Shown here piece by piece: positions 40,150-52,870 of a DNA stretch of 64,000 nucleotides. Every line of letters starts with the position of its first letter. The first letter of the stretch is position 1. Where the stretch lies: assembly GCF_018977255.1 (NCBI RefSeq), contig NW_024704742.1, positions 128,404,001-128,468,000 on the forward strand, given 5' to 3'. The translations under genes were made by a program, and so were the position numbers. Under the pieces are notes generated by a model that searched no databases, was not told the origin of the DNA, and saw only the letters and a list, made by a program, of their open reading frames with translations. The DNA comes from Callorhinchus milii (lineage: Eukaryota).

Positions 40150-40492
40150 GGAGAGGAAATGGAATTAAGAGATCTGCCATGATTCAGTACATTTGTGGAG
40201 TTGGTTAAAGGGGCAGAACAGCCTTCTGCTTTGCTATATTCCTATTCTTCTATACATTCCTATGAACACTGTGTAATAATCATAGAAACATAGAAACAGA
40301 ATTAGGCCATTCAGCCCCTCGAGCCTGTTCCACCATTCTATTAGATCATGGCTGATCTGTATCTCAAGTCCAATTACTGCCCTTGCTTCGTATCCCTTAA
40401 TACCCTGACCTAATAAATCTCTATCCACCTCAGTCTTGAAAATGTGAATAGATTCAACATCCACAGCCTTTCAGCGGAGAGACTTCCAGATT
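40150..40492. mobile_element. Two CR1-type tails arranged tail to tail (+ 40150-40250; - 40280-40492)
   Basis: The minus strand reads [23 protein letters not shown] with the GGCTCGAGGGGCTGAATGGCCT tail. Confidence 0.7.
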
Positions 40493-41559
40493 TGAAACTC
40501 TCTACCACATAGATAATGTAGAATACATCCCCCCCATTCCCATTCTAAGTTATTGAGACAAACCAAACCAAGACCTCCCCCCCCGCCCCCCCACACACAC
40601 ACACATGTGCTTAATCACAGACAGCCATTTTTCTAATCAAAATTACAGCCTGGATTAGTAACTAGAAGGTAAATATGGAGACTTCGTTTACAAACTGCTT
40701 AACATTTCATTCATCCCCCCTGCTGCATGGTAATCGTGTATTCATGGTGCTCTACTCCAAAGTAAATCTGCTCTATTATCAGGTTACTCACAGTTCTGAT
40801 CTAAAGACTGATCGAGCAGCTCGGATTGCAAAGGATTAGCTGCTCTCAAGATGCTAATTTACCTGTCTTATCATTTCATAGTAGGCTTTACATTGATTAT
40901 CTGTAAGAATTCCGTAATCATATTTAACTGCCTTCTGCAATAAAACATCACGTTAAGAAATTACACAAACGTCACATTTGCTTTGTGAGTTTCTGTAGAA
41001 GAAACAGGAATGATTCCTGAAAATAACTTCCATTATATATAATCGACCCAGGACTGATCAACGATTAACCTACCTTTCTTTTTCAGATACTGATCACCTC
41101 CTTTTACACCTCCAGCATTTTCTGTCAGTACTGCATATCTGTGGTTACTTCAGGCAGTGATGGTATATGCATGCATCTGAACTATTTTTCCTATAACAAT
41201 TATTAGATCAGATTATTTGTTTTGCATTGCAAGGCAAGCATTGAAATAATTCTAGGAATTCATGCTGCAATACAAAATAAAAATCATTCCCTTCACTTGC
41301 CACACTGAGTTTGTACTGCATTTGTTACATATACAGTACATAAAAACGGTATGGTTCATTTTATTTCTGTAGTACAGTATACTGTGTGCAAATTATGTAA
41401 CTATCCAGAACATATTAAGAACTATTGTATTCATCACAAGGCTTAAGCAGAGCCACAAATATGCAGTCAATTCACTTTACAGTGTGTTCTGTGAAGCGCT
41501 TTGAGACGTCGAGAAGACGTGAAAAACGCTATATCAAATACAAGGATTATTATTATTAT

Positions 41560-42295
41560 TATATAGCACCCTCCACGCAGTGTCTTAGAGCACTTAATAG
41601 TGACGGAGCCTGACTCCGATCCGGGGGTGTGGGGGGGGGAGATGGTCGTAAACACAGTCGAAGAGGAAGGTTTTCAGGCGGGACTTGAAAAAAGGGAGAG
41701 AGGGGGCAAGGTGGAGGGATTGAGGGAGAGTGTTTTACAGTTTTGGGGTGTAGTGGCTGAACGTGTGATCTCTAGTGGTGGGCAGAGGGTGTGAGGGACG
41801 AGCAGGAGGCCGGTGCCAGTTGAGCGGAGGCGCCGAGTGGTGGATTGCGGAATGAGGAGGTCGGAGAGGTAGGGAGGTGCAAGAGAGTGAAGGGATTTGA
41901 ACACGAGTGTGAGGATCTTGAAGTCGATCCGTTCGGTGATGGGGAGCCAGTGGAGCGTGGGCCAGACCTGGTGACATGTGGGTATGGAGTTTGGTCCAGA
42001 TCAGTATGCGGGTGGCAGAGTTCTGAATGAGCTGGATCTTTTGAATAGTGGAGCTGGGGAGACCAGTTTGAATAATCCAAGCAGGAGGTGACAAACGCAT
42101 GCACGAGGGTTTTGGCTGCATTTGGGGTAAGGTACGGTCGGAGGCGGGCAATGTAGCAGAGGTGGAGGAAGGTGGTCCTGGTCATGAACCGGATGTGAGG
42201 GAGGAAGGACAGCTGAGGGTCTAACTGGACGCTTAGATTGCGCACTGGTTCAGTGGTCTGATGGAGAGCCCAGAGAGGTTGAGGAGTTTAGATCT
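41560..42295 (-). mobile_element. L2 3' fragment abutting a + strand SINE tail
   Basis: LSFLPHI...IARLRPYLTPNAAKTLVHAFVTS on the minus strand; same subfamily as the 24125-25380 copy. Confidence 0.85.
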
Positions 42296-42669
42296 GCAAT
42301 TTTCCAAGTCATATGTAGGGTACATTTCATTTTATTATTATTATTATTTAGAGTGCAGAGGGCAACAAGTTGCAGGCTTCTTACACGTCACAATGTGTAC
42401 AGCCTTCCAATGCTTTGTGCTACGTGGCTGCTCCCAGACAGGCTGAAGCTTTCACCAAAAAAAAATTCACCTCTTATTCCATCCCACTGCAGTGATTACT
42501 TGTTTTGTAAAGTGTAGGAAAGGTTTCTGTAAAGTGCCCCTTTTATTTTAAACACTTGCTCAGCTTATTGCAGTGCGTACGAACCAAATGTCATGTTTTC
42601 ATTTCAATAGAGACAATTCCATTAAAATCTATCAAGAACTACTAAAATTGTCCCTTTGTCCTGTTACAG

Positions 42670-42726
42670 CAATGACAATGCAATTCATCAGCCATCGTTT
42701 CCCTGACTACCACGATCCTACAATAG
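42670..42726 (+). CDS. RIT2: RIT2 coding exon 2: (A)MTMQFISHRFPDYHDPTI(E), effector/switch I region
   Basis: Pyrimidine tract plus TTACAG acceptor at 42669 and G|GTAAGC donor after 42726. 57 nt, phase 1-1. HDPTIED is the Rit/Rin effector signature, and PDY matches RIT2 rather than RIT1 (PED). Confidence 0.95.
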
Positions 42727-43849
42727 GTAAGCTACAAAGCTGCTTTATTAGTTTCTTTTCTTCTGAACAGTAATGGTTTTGTTTTATATTTTTGATTGCA
42801 GCTCTGTGCCCAGGTGCCTCAGTGTTTTCTTTTCCAGTTCTTAAAGTCCAAATTAATGGGCTCGAATTGTGGTTTTGCAAGAGGAGGAAAGCGATTCATT
42901 GCCGGGAGCTTCAGGGAATACATGGGGAATTTTCTGCGAATCAAGACTGTCAGTAACCCAGGGGTCTATTTAAAAACTAACAATACTTAGCAGTGTAGGT
43001 AGGCAACTCTCACTTTAAAACTATCCAACTAAATCGCAGTTCTCCGAAAACAGAAATAGCCCCTCAAAATCTCTGGGCCAAGGGATTTTCAGTTTTGCCA
43101 AACTGCTGGGACTATATAATTAGAGCTGAGTTTCACTTTCCTGCTTAATATCACAAATCATACAAATTCCCATTATGTAGTCACCAGTGCAGCAGTAAAA
43201 ATAGCGCAGCCTAATAGCACAAGTATCTAGATCTTTGGGGCACAATAGTCTAATGCAGCTCCTTATGGCCTTTCAGTCCATCTCACTCTAAGCAGGTTCT
43301 GACATCTCCTTTGTTACCGGATTCAGATACAGTGCTAGACGCAGATGGATAAACATGAAGGAGATCATTAAGACACAGAAAAGTAGATTATCAATCAGTG
43401 TGGCTCGCCTGGAAACTCCACAAACCCTTAACTGGGCCTGTTTCAGTAGGCTCCACAATGCAAAGCAAACGACAGCATAACTCATTATTTGTGTATCCTG
43501 CACAGTCATACCTTAAGTTACTCATAGGCTACAATTCAATTTACGTAGTGGTTATATACATGAAACTAAATAATCACACTTGGTAATACTTGGTGACGTT
43601 TATGTGAGAAAAGGGAGAAAGGGTCAGGCAGTCAATGGGTAAATAGCTTGTGTCTACCATTCAAAGGTCTTTCAAACCCCTGTGTGATTATACTAAGGGA
43701 TAACAACTTTTGTCAAGTCCAAAATTGAACCATAGTAAGTTACAAGCAGAAGAAGGAAAGGAGAGAACAAGATTATTTACAGTACAGCAAAATATGTGAA
43801 CCCCAAATCTTCTGCGGCCATAGAAAACCACATGCAGAAGGCCATTCAA

Positions 43850-44076
43850 CCTTGCTTCCTCCCTTTCCTCCTTCAAGGCCGGTCTCAAGACCTTTCTCTT
43901 TGACCGTGCCTTCAACTCCCCTCTCGACTCTCTTCCCCCTCCTCGCTCCCTCCCTTCCCTCCCCTCACCCTGACCATTTCCCCCTTGTTCGGGTCCTGAC
44001 CCAACTGTACAGCGCCTTGGGACGTCCTCCCGACGTGAAAGGCGCTCTATAAATGGAATCTTGTTGTTGTTGTTGT
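43850..44076 (+). mobile_element. Young 5'-truncated copy of the full-length L2 family
   Basis: Nearly identical to about 19729-19997, including the ATAAATGGAATCTTGTTGTTG end. Confidence 0.92.
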
Positions 44077-47000
44077 AGTGTCTGTTGTTTGTTCTTTTAA
44101 AGAATAATCCTTTCATTCTCATTTACCTGTCTTTTCCCTATGCTCCTTTAGTTAATCCATTTTAAATGTCTATCTAATTTCAATCGCAGACTTCACATCA
44201 CGGTCTCTAGACATTTCAAAAACGCCTTTCTAACCTCAAACCAAACAGAGCATTTTGGGGAATCAGATAATTGTACTCTGATACCATCCCCTTCAACATT
44301 CTCCAGGAGTTCACTGTGAGGACAAGGAGGGATGGATGATCTTATGAGTAAAGCTACTCTCAGACAAGATCATAAGCATGCAGCCTCCAATTGTTTGCTT
44401 AGCTCCCTGGTTGTGCTTTGTCTATGTAACTTGTGTAACAGAGTATTTAACACCTTAAACATTTTCTTCCTTACCAAACGACATGATTTAAATTACTAGA
44501 CGTGCAACAGAATGACCAAACAATCGGCCATTCGTTTCATGGTTCTTTGTGGGACATTGCTCGGCATACACTGACTGCTGTGTTTGGATGCACAGTGATT
44601 ACGCTATACAACAAAAAGCTCGGGTAGCACTATAAGATGTCCTGACGATGTGATAAGGCACTACATGAAATGCAAGGATTATTATTAGTCTCCTTTGGAA
44701 GGCCAGGTGAAGAATTTACAACTCTACAAGATATCACTACACGACTAATGTCCTTTGGATGAAATGTTAAATGGCTGTTCAGGTGGCCATTAAAGATCCC
44801 AGGGCACTATTCGAAGAGTGAAAGGAGTTTCTCCCGGTGTCTTGGGCAACAATCCCCAAAATAAAATTGGTTATGCACTTCATGGCTGTTTGTGGGCACT
44901 GCTTTGTTCAAATTGGCTGTTGCGTTTGCCTAAAAAATAAATAGTAATGACACTTTACTGTGTATCGCTATCCCTCGTGAAGGGCACTATACAAATGCAA
45001 GTTGTTGTTGTATCGCGTGAAGAGCTCATAAAACCATCTTGCAACATGATATCAAATGTAAGGATTATTTATTATTTACAATAACTGAGCAAAACTAATA
45101 GAATAAATAATTAACTACCAGCACTATTGATTTTTGAATGTGTTTTTTAAAGTCTGAAAAGCATGTGGCATTAATAAGAATTTAGAAATTATTTTTCAGA
45201 GGCTTTTTTGTTCCTTTTTGACCCACATTCAGTATACAATGCATTTGATAATTCACTTGGTGGTTTTCAGACAAAAGGCCCCACTTGTTAAAGGAGGGGA
45301 AAAGGATTAATTTTCTCAGGTCACAATGGTGAGAGAAGATTCCAATATTCTGTTTAATTAAATCCAACCAACCTTAACTGAATCAGCGAAACCACTAGAA
45401 TTTGTATTTCCAATGTAAAAATAAGTGGAAACTGATTCATTTGTTAATATAGAAAATAGCAGGCACACAAATCAACCCAGTTATACCATTTAAGGTTACT
45501 TAATCTTAAAATGTAAGATTGTTGAAAATTATGACCAATTATGACCAATGACCAAGGCTATTAATAATAGTAATAATAATAATCCCTCCCTTTGATATAA
45601 TGCCTTTCATATAATAATATAATAATAATCCTTGCATTTGATATAGCAAGTAACATCTCATAGGACCTCACAGGATTTTAATGTAAAGTGCAAAACATTG
45701 TATTTACAGGTGATAATTGGAACAATACGGAGTATAAGGTTTGATTTTGGAGGTTGTCATTCGCAATAAATGAGAATAATAATAATCCGTGCATTTGATA
45801 TATAGCCTTCCATGTCAGGATGGCGTTTCACAGGATATACTGTACTATAAAGTATGGTAACTGTATTTGTAGGTGATTATTGGAATAATATGATGTATGA
45901 GGTTTGGCGTTGGAGGTTTGTTATTCATAGTAAATTATATTTTTGGTCAGAATGAGACTAACCACCACCCTCATATAGCAAATTGCTTTCACATTTCAAA
46001 GCTCTGTACATGGCAACTGTACTAATGGTTAATTTGTCGGACTGGATTCCAATCATTTAGTATGGATTCTAAGAAAAAGCCGGGAATATTGACATCAATT
46101 TGTATTTTCCTTAAAACAATGTTAAAGTGCTGGCATTGACTAATTAAGAATGTAATGGGCTGGTTAGGTGCTCATTGATGGTGGTCTCTTGATGACAAAG
46201 ATTGGAGATCTGGTACCAAATGTTAGCTTGAGCCATGACTGATACAAAACCAATACTATTTCAGAAAGCACGGTGACATGATGGTCAGTCTTTGATCATG
46301 TGAAGAATATAAAGGAAGACAGTTTTGTGAAGTTCTAAATAGCCACAATGAGTACACCTTACAGATTTAATGAGAATGTGCTAGAGGCTAAGTGTAATGA
46401 TGGTGATGGTAACTATAGCAGTAATTTGTCTTGACCCTGAAGCTACAGTGGTTGTCATGGCTGCAACAATTTCTTGTGAATTAACAAAGAATATGAAGGC
46501 AGAGTTGCAGTTTCCTGAAACTCATTCTCAGTTCCTTAATTTATGACAAGGGATAATTAATTAATTATCCCTTGCATGCATGCATGCATAAACAAACAAA
46601 CAAACAAACACACACACACACACACAAACAAACAAACAACACTTGGATTTGATACTTGGCTTTTCACGTCAGGAGCATATCTCAAAGGGTTTCACAGGAT
46701 TTACTGTAAGCTGCGATTGATTGTGTTTTTGTGTAGGCGAACCCAGCAGCCATTTTGTACACAGCAACATCCCACAAATAACCCTGAAGTGAATGACCAG
46801 TTGTGTCTGGGGGATCTCTAGCCAGGACACCAGGAAAGTCTCCCTTCTCTTTTCACATTTCAATGAGTAAGAACCACTTTATCGACTGGAAACTTAATGA
46901 AAAGTTTAGGACTGAACACCAGCCTGGCCTCAGGAAAGGATGATTTCTCCCCTTCACATAGTGAATTTGGTCATTTTGGGGTTGAATCTCCATGCACTAA

Positions 47001-47748
47001 CATTATTAATGTTAAATAAGATGTGTGGTGTAATTTGGAGAGTTACGAAATCTGCAGCGCAGAAGTAGGCCAATTGGGTACCCACTGGCTCATATACCAG
47101 GGCACATGTGGAGTATAAACACCAGCATGGACTCGTTGAGCTGAATGAAAGCGTTATCTTTCTATGTAATGGATAGTTAAGTTTCAAGGCACGTTTGTAA
47201 CATTCACAGTAATGGGTGTTCATGACAGAGTGCACAGTCAATACACTTTACAGTGGATCCTGTGGTTCAGTAATCCTGAATTCTTTAAAAGTTTCCAGAT
47301 ACGTGTACGTCAATAGCTGTGTGAAGCACATTGAGGTCTCCTCCCGACATGAAGAAGCATTATCTGAATGTTAATTATTGCTCTTTTTGCTTTATTGAAA
47401 AGACTCTCCGATATTTGTAATTTTATTTTTTATTGCTGTGCAGCTGTGGCCCCCTTGTTTTATTTTATTGTAAATGATTGTAAGAAAAATTTAGATCCAG
47501 ATTTTCGAAACCCATTACAATTTTAAATATCTTTATCATATTCCCACTCGGCCTTTACTTCTCAAGTGAGAAAACTCAATCCTTACTGCATCCTCTAATA
47601 ACTGTGAAGCTCCAGGAAGGGAACCCACTGGGGATTTTACGCCAGGCTGAGTTTTCCAGAGCCAAAATATACAAAATGTTTCAGAACAACAGAACATAGT
47701 TTAACTATTGCAATAGTTATACACACCTTATGCTTTTTGCCCCTGCAG

Positions 47749-47822
47749 AAGATGCTTACAAGACTCAAGTGAGGATAGATGATGACCCTGCATATTTGGA
47801 CATTTTGGATACTGCTGGACAG
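47749..47822 (+). CDS. RIT2: RIT2 coding exon 3: (E)[25 protein letters not shown]3 box
   Basis: CCCTGCAG acceptor at 47748 and CAG|GTAAGT donor after 47822. 74 nt; the three exons total 231 nt = 77 codons in frame. KTQVRID and PAYLD are RIT2-type residues. Not present in the supplied ORF track. Confidence 0.95.
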
Positions 47823-49089
47823 GTAAGTGATAGTAAAACCTGAGACAACTCAAATTAAGACAATGGTTAAAAGGCTAAGAAGATGAGAAGAGAGCTGGGA
47901 AGACAGGGAAACAGCTGGGAAAATGGAAATAATATTAAAAAGATGATGTAGAAAAACAAGCACTATAGCACAACAGACACACACACAATCCACTCCATAA
48001 ACACATACACTATAGAACAACAAGCACTACAGACACGATATAATAATAATAATAATCGTTGCATTTGATATAGCGCTTTTCACGTCGGGAGGACGTCCCA
48101 AAGCGCTTCATAGAACACACTGCAAAGTGAATTGACTGTATATTTGTGGGCAAATGCGGCAGCCAATTGCGCACCCCCATACTTACATACTGATATTTTC
48201 TATGATTCTATGAGGAACTTTGGGCCACTGGTGAATAAAATTTGAAACAAGAAAAATCTTTTGGTAAATTAGATAAATCTTTTGGTAAATTAGATATGCT
48301 GACTTGCCAAAAAGTCAAAACACATTTTATATATGTGCAAGCTAATTTTGAAATAGATTTCCAGCTAGCCTTTAGCTGATTAAGTAAGTTAGCTTCTGCC
48401 ATTGGCAAATTAAACATTCAAAATAATGGGACTTGTTTAAAACAACTTAATCACTGTTTTATCCAGACTTAAACCTGCGTAAATCTTGTTAGGAGAAGAT
48501 TAAAAGGCTAGAGGGTTTATTGCCTACTTGTAATGCTTGTACACCGTGATGAACGATACTGTAAAAAATAACAAAAAAATTAATGCTTGCATTTGATTTA
48601 GTGCTTTATCACATACAAACATACAAAGAGGAGTAGGCTATTCAGCCCCTCGAGCCTGTTCCGCCATTCTATAAGATCATGGCTGATCTGTACCTCAGCT
48701 CCAATTATCCGCCCTCGTCCCGTATCCCTGACCTAACAAAAAGCTATCCACCTCTCACTTCACGAGATACAATGTAAAATAAGATCACACACACAAAAAT
48801 GGAAAATTCTTAAATCCAGTCCTAATCTTAAATCTAGTCTTAAATCTAATTTGGAAATCTACTCTTGTAATGAACTGCAGAAAACCTGATTCCAAATTCG
48901 GACTGAAGCTTCACTCATCAATGGTGGGGACAGAGCTGGTGGGGGACATGAATTAGGCCGATGGGATGAGGCCATAGAGGAATTTCAAAGTGATAATGTG
49001 AATCTGGAATTTGATCCGCTGGGGAATGGGGAGACAGTAGAGACAAGCGAGGATAAGCAATGGGTTGCAGATCCTGGTGCCAGACAGGG

Positions 49090-49530
49090 CATGGATTATT
49101 TTGTTTTGTCAGCTGGGTGTTTGACACGTGCGGAAACGCATCACCATGGTTAAGAGTGTCCAAACCAAGCTGAAAATTCCACGTATGCCATCTAAATGTG
49201 GAAATTCCAAAGATAGATTGTTGGAATGGAACGCTGGAGGGACGCAGTCTGGTTACTTAATTTCGGAAAAAATTAGGTGCAGGTTGGAAGAGTCAAGGCT
49301 TCGCGACCGCAAAGTGTGTGTTGGGGTGCTGCTGCAGTCTAACCAGCTAAAACCGCATAGCTTGCCATTGGTATTGCTGTCTGACAAGCTTTCCTGCTGC
49401 TTGTCCAGCTAGGACCACCCAAACCTTTAGGGCTTTGGCTTGCAGGGTTAACAGGAAATAGGGGGGATGCCTCCCTGCCTCCAGTGACTGGTCTGCCTTT
49501 CCAGATCGCGCAGCTAAACCAGGCTGGCTA
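49090..49530. repeat. Unclassified dispersed repeat, longest copy, nested in a minus-strand L2 fragment (about 48920-49640)
   Basis: Inverted similarity to 7160-7457; L2 sequence on both sides (GGGGAATGGGGAG upstream; TTCTGGATGATCTTCAGCTTG downstream). Confidence 0.65.
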
Positions 49531-49859
49531 TGCTGTCATGAGCAGTGCCCTGGAATACTGCGGATCTGCCTATTCTGGATGATCTTCAGCTTGTATATGG
49601 AGGAGCTGGGAGTGCAGTGAGCAAGGCGAATGAAGAAGGTGCTAAAGGTAGAACATTAGTGTGGATTGAAAAAAATGCATAAGTCTATTCAAAGCCCACT
49701 TCCTTTTTATCACCGTGACTAATATTGAGAACCCAGATAAATGTCTCCCTTTGTCAGGAATGTATAAATCCATAATGGTAAAGTTTCCTTTTCTGCAAAA
49801 GTAATAAATCATGGCAAAACCACATCAGGCATAACTTTAGGCTGAATGATTGTTCTAAC

Positions 49860-50260
49860 AAAGCCACCAAGCGACTCAGAAACCAAGAAAATAGTAATTT
49901 ATAGACCAACCACTTCTTCTTGAGCAGACATTTCCTAAAAAATAATTACGCAAGCAGAAAAAAAGATTACAATGACCTTTGAGATCAAAGGAATAAGAGA
50001 TGCTATCAATGCTCATCTAAAGAGCAGAGTTCTATATAGAATAGCCAACATGAGCTTTATAAGCAATAAGTCACCTCCCAGCTACTGAAATTCTTCAAGG
50101 AAGGAACTAAACTCTACATAAGAGCCATTCAGTGGATGTCATTTAGGTGGATTTTCCTGAAGACTATATGTCATTATAAGATTTTTAAAGGAGAAAACTC
50201 GTGACATGAATTGGAAACTAACTCATTGGATTGGAAACTGGGTAAGTGAAGAAAAGCTGA
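49860..50260 (+). mobile_element. Highly degraded CR1 RT fragment
   Basis: Remnants of the YRP, Q(H)GF, EFF, VDVI.VDF and WIGNW motifs, with stops and frameshifts. Confidence 0.55.
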
Positions 50261-51019
50261 AGGTGATTTTAACTGGAAAAAAGTTCTATCTGAGTGTCTG
50301 TGACTCTGTGAGTTGTCTGTTTTTTTCAATGCTCACCATTCAGAAATTACTTATGAAGAGAGGACTTCTGGTAATATTAAAATATTTACAGCTGACAGCA
50401 TGTATTGTTGCCAATACGGAAGCGACAAATTATAGATAAGAAGATCTGGGCCATTTAAGTAGATGAACCAAGAGAAATCAGACAGATTGTACCATTCCTG
50501 ATCAGAGGTAATGTATATCGGAATGAGCAATAGCAAGTGTGTATACATACAGTTGCTTTTTCTAAGGTGGTCCATAAAATTTCAACCCGCCTTATACTAT
50601 AATAGGGGTGATCAAGGAGAGGAAATTATTTTCCTTATTTACTGAAGGTTGATTTATGATGTTCACTAAAGGCTTCCAAACACTGTGACCCTGTTGTAAA
50701 CAATGCTTACCAAATACCAGGCATTTGATACTAGCCATCTTCTCTACTACCATCTATACGAGGGAGCTCTGGGACTCCTTCACCAATACTCTTTCTTTCC
50801 TAACGCAATCAGCATTGTTCAAATGCCACAACTGGAAATAAATCAAACCTACATATTTAGATTGACTGATAATTGATCAATTGGGTATTCTCCCTATTGT
50901 GTTTATAATCGTTGAAGAATTCTGACTTATGAGTACTGTGAAATTGATTCCACATAAGACTCTAAAGCTAGACGAGGTGTAGCTTTTACACATCAACTAG
51001 TGTAAATTATATTGCATTA

Positions 51020-51330
51020 GAGAGTGAGTAATAAGAATGAATTAGTACACAGTCTTTTTTCTCTTCGCAACGGGTTCAACTCCAGGCCAGACTGGTGATA
51101 TGAGCCTCTTATCTTTCTGGAGAGTGTGAGGGCTCAAAGCAGGGGGGGCCTAAGCAGGTTGAATTAAGGCAGCTTTAATACTGTTCCCATTGCACATGGG
51201 TCCCCTGTACAGAACTGTTCATAATTCAGACTAATTAGGACTGAAATAGCAGTCTCTCCCAGAGAGGCCACAAAAAGGTTTGGCAGGTGTGGGAAATGGA
51301 AATGTCACACTTGTATAGTCTGGTGCTTTC
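51020..51330 (+). mobile_element. LF-SINE-like relic
   Basis: B box GGGTTCAACTCCAG, then ACTAATT.G.AC...GCAGTCTC..CAGAGAGGCCA, resembling the recalled LF-SINE core; not database-checked. Confidence 0.5.
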
Positions 51331-52459
51331 TCTCTCTCCTGAGATTATGATGAACCAGTAAATGTGGATCTCTACCCAGCATTTTACATACACTGTATCT
51401 TACCTATCAGTGCTTGATGTAAACATCAGGTGCAAAAAGAGAATAAATGTTCCAATTCCCAGCAGGGATGTCTTTCACATTCATGACTACTCAATTCAAG
51501 CAAACCTGCAATGCAACATGAAAAAACATCTCACCACAGGGTTTAGAGAAATGTCTGCTTGAGGCTTGATTGATTGCACTATCAGTGGAGCTAATTGAAC
51601 AAACTCAATGGGTTCAATGGCCTCCTCCTGTTCTGAAAGCACTGGTTTGCTGTGTTTTTGAGCAACGTCACAAGATAACAAGAGAGTTTGGGATATCAAA
51701 TCAAGAATGAGCAGGAATGAGTAATTGAATGATGTAATGATAATGAACCAATGATTGCTTGATTGGACCTCTAATTTTATAATAATAATAATCATTGCAT
51801 TTGATATAGCGCCTTATCATATCGTTGAGACCTCTCAAAGCGCTTCACAGGATATACTGTAAAGTGCTCTGACTGTATGTAGTTTGTGGGAAACGTTTCT
51901 CCTGATACAAAGGGCAAAAACAATTGCTAAATCAAGATTGTAAAATAACCTAAATACTCTGTCATCCCAACATCACTTGGAGGCTTGGCCACCTTTTAAA
52001 ATAAACATAATGGAACATAATGCTCAGGCATTTCCATTTTATTGATCGTTATTGTCCTTTTCCCCCATGAGTAGTGACTACACATGGCAGCTGGAGCTGC
52101 GTGGAGCCTCTGTCACATTAGCATGCGCAATAAATGTCAGGCGAGAAGGGGGGGCGAAATACGATAGTGTGTGCCAGAATATCAATACAATGGTGCCCTT
52201 TATTTTGTGATTGCAGTAAGAGCACAAAAAATTTCCTCTATTCTCTTCAACGTTGACACAAAGAACTTGTTAACCTTTGCTCATCACCTTTTGGTCTTAG
52301 TCCGTGATTGGGGAAAGCTGAAACCAACAGAGTGAACAAGCTGCACATTACTGATTGATTTTTGATACAAGGAGTTAAATACTGTATCTTCCACATAGTT
52401 ATCTTGAGGTTAGCTCAGATAATGGAATATTTCTAACAGGTCGGCCCCTCCACTTTTGC

Positions 52460-52870
52460 AGGCTCACATAGTAGCACTCATGCCTCTAAATCAGTAGGTT
52501 GTAGGTTCAAGGCCCACATTGGAACGTTGAGCTCATAGCTTAGGTTCGCACTACAAATACATTATTGGTGAAGGGTTACATTGTTGAAAGTGGCGTCCTT
52601 TTGATGAGATATTAAATCGAGATGTAATCTGACTGTTCAGGTGATCATCAAAGATCCCATGGCACGATTCGAGCAAGAGAAGTGAGATTCTCCCAGTGCC
52701 TTGTCCGACAATCCCTCAAATAAAATAGATCATTCACTTCAAGGCTTTTTGTGGGACATTGCTGTGTGGAAATTGGCTGCCACATTTGCCTATAAAATAT
52801 TGTCACTGCAATTTACCATAAATCCTGATATCCCCCTGAAATGAAGCACGCTTTAATTAAATGTAAGGTT
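52460..52870 (+). mobile_element. Deu-domain SINE family B, near full length (other copies at about 11355, 12260, 20595, 22290, 26470, 36155, 44745, 53050, 58680)
   Basis: GGCTCA...GGTAG-type head, GGTTCAAG B box, GATGAGA..TTAAA, GATCCCATGGCAC and TTTGTGGGACATTGCTGTG motifs. Confidence 0.75.

Noticed and set aside
42573..42669. ORF upstream of exon 2
   Set aside because: Intronic polypyrimidine tract and acceptor region.
48254..48296. 21-bp direct duplication AAATCTTTTGGTAAATTAGAT
   Set aside because: Ordinary slippage duplication with no further structure.
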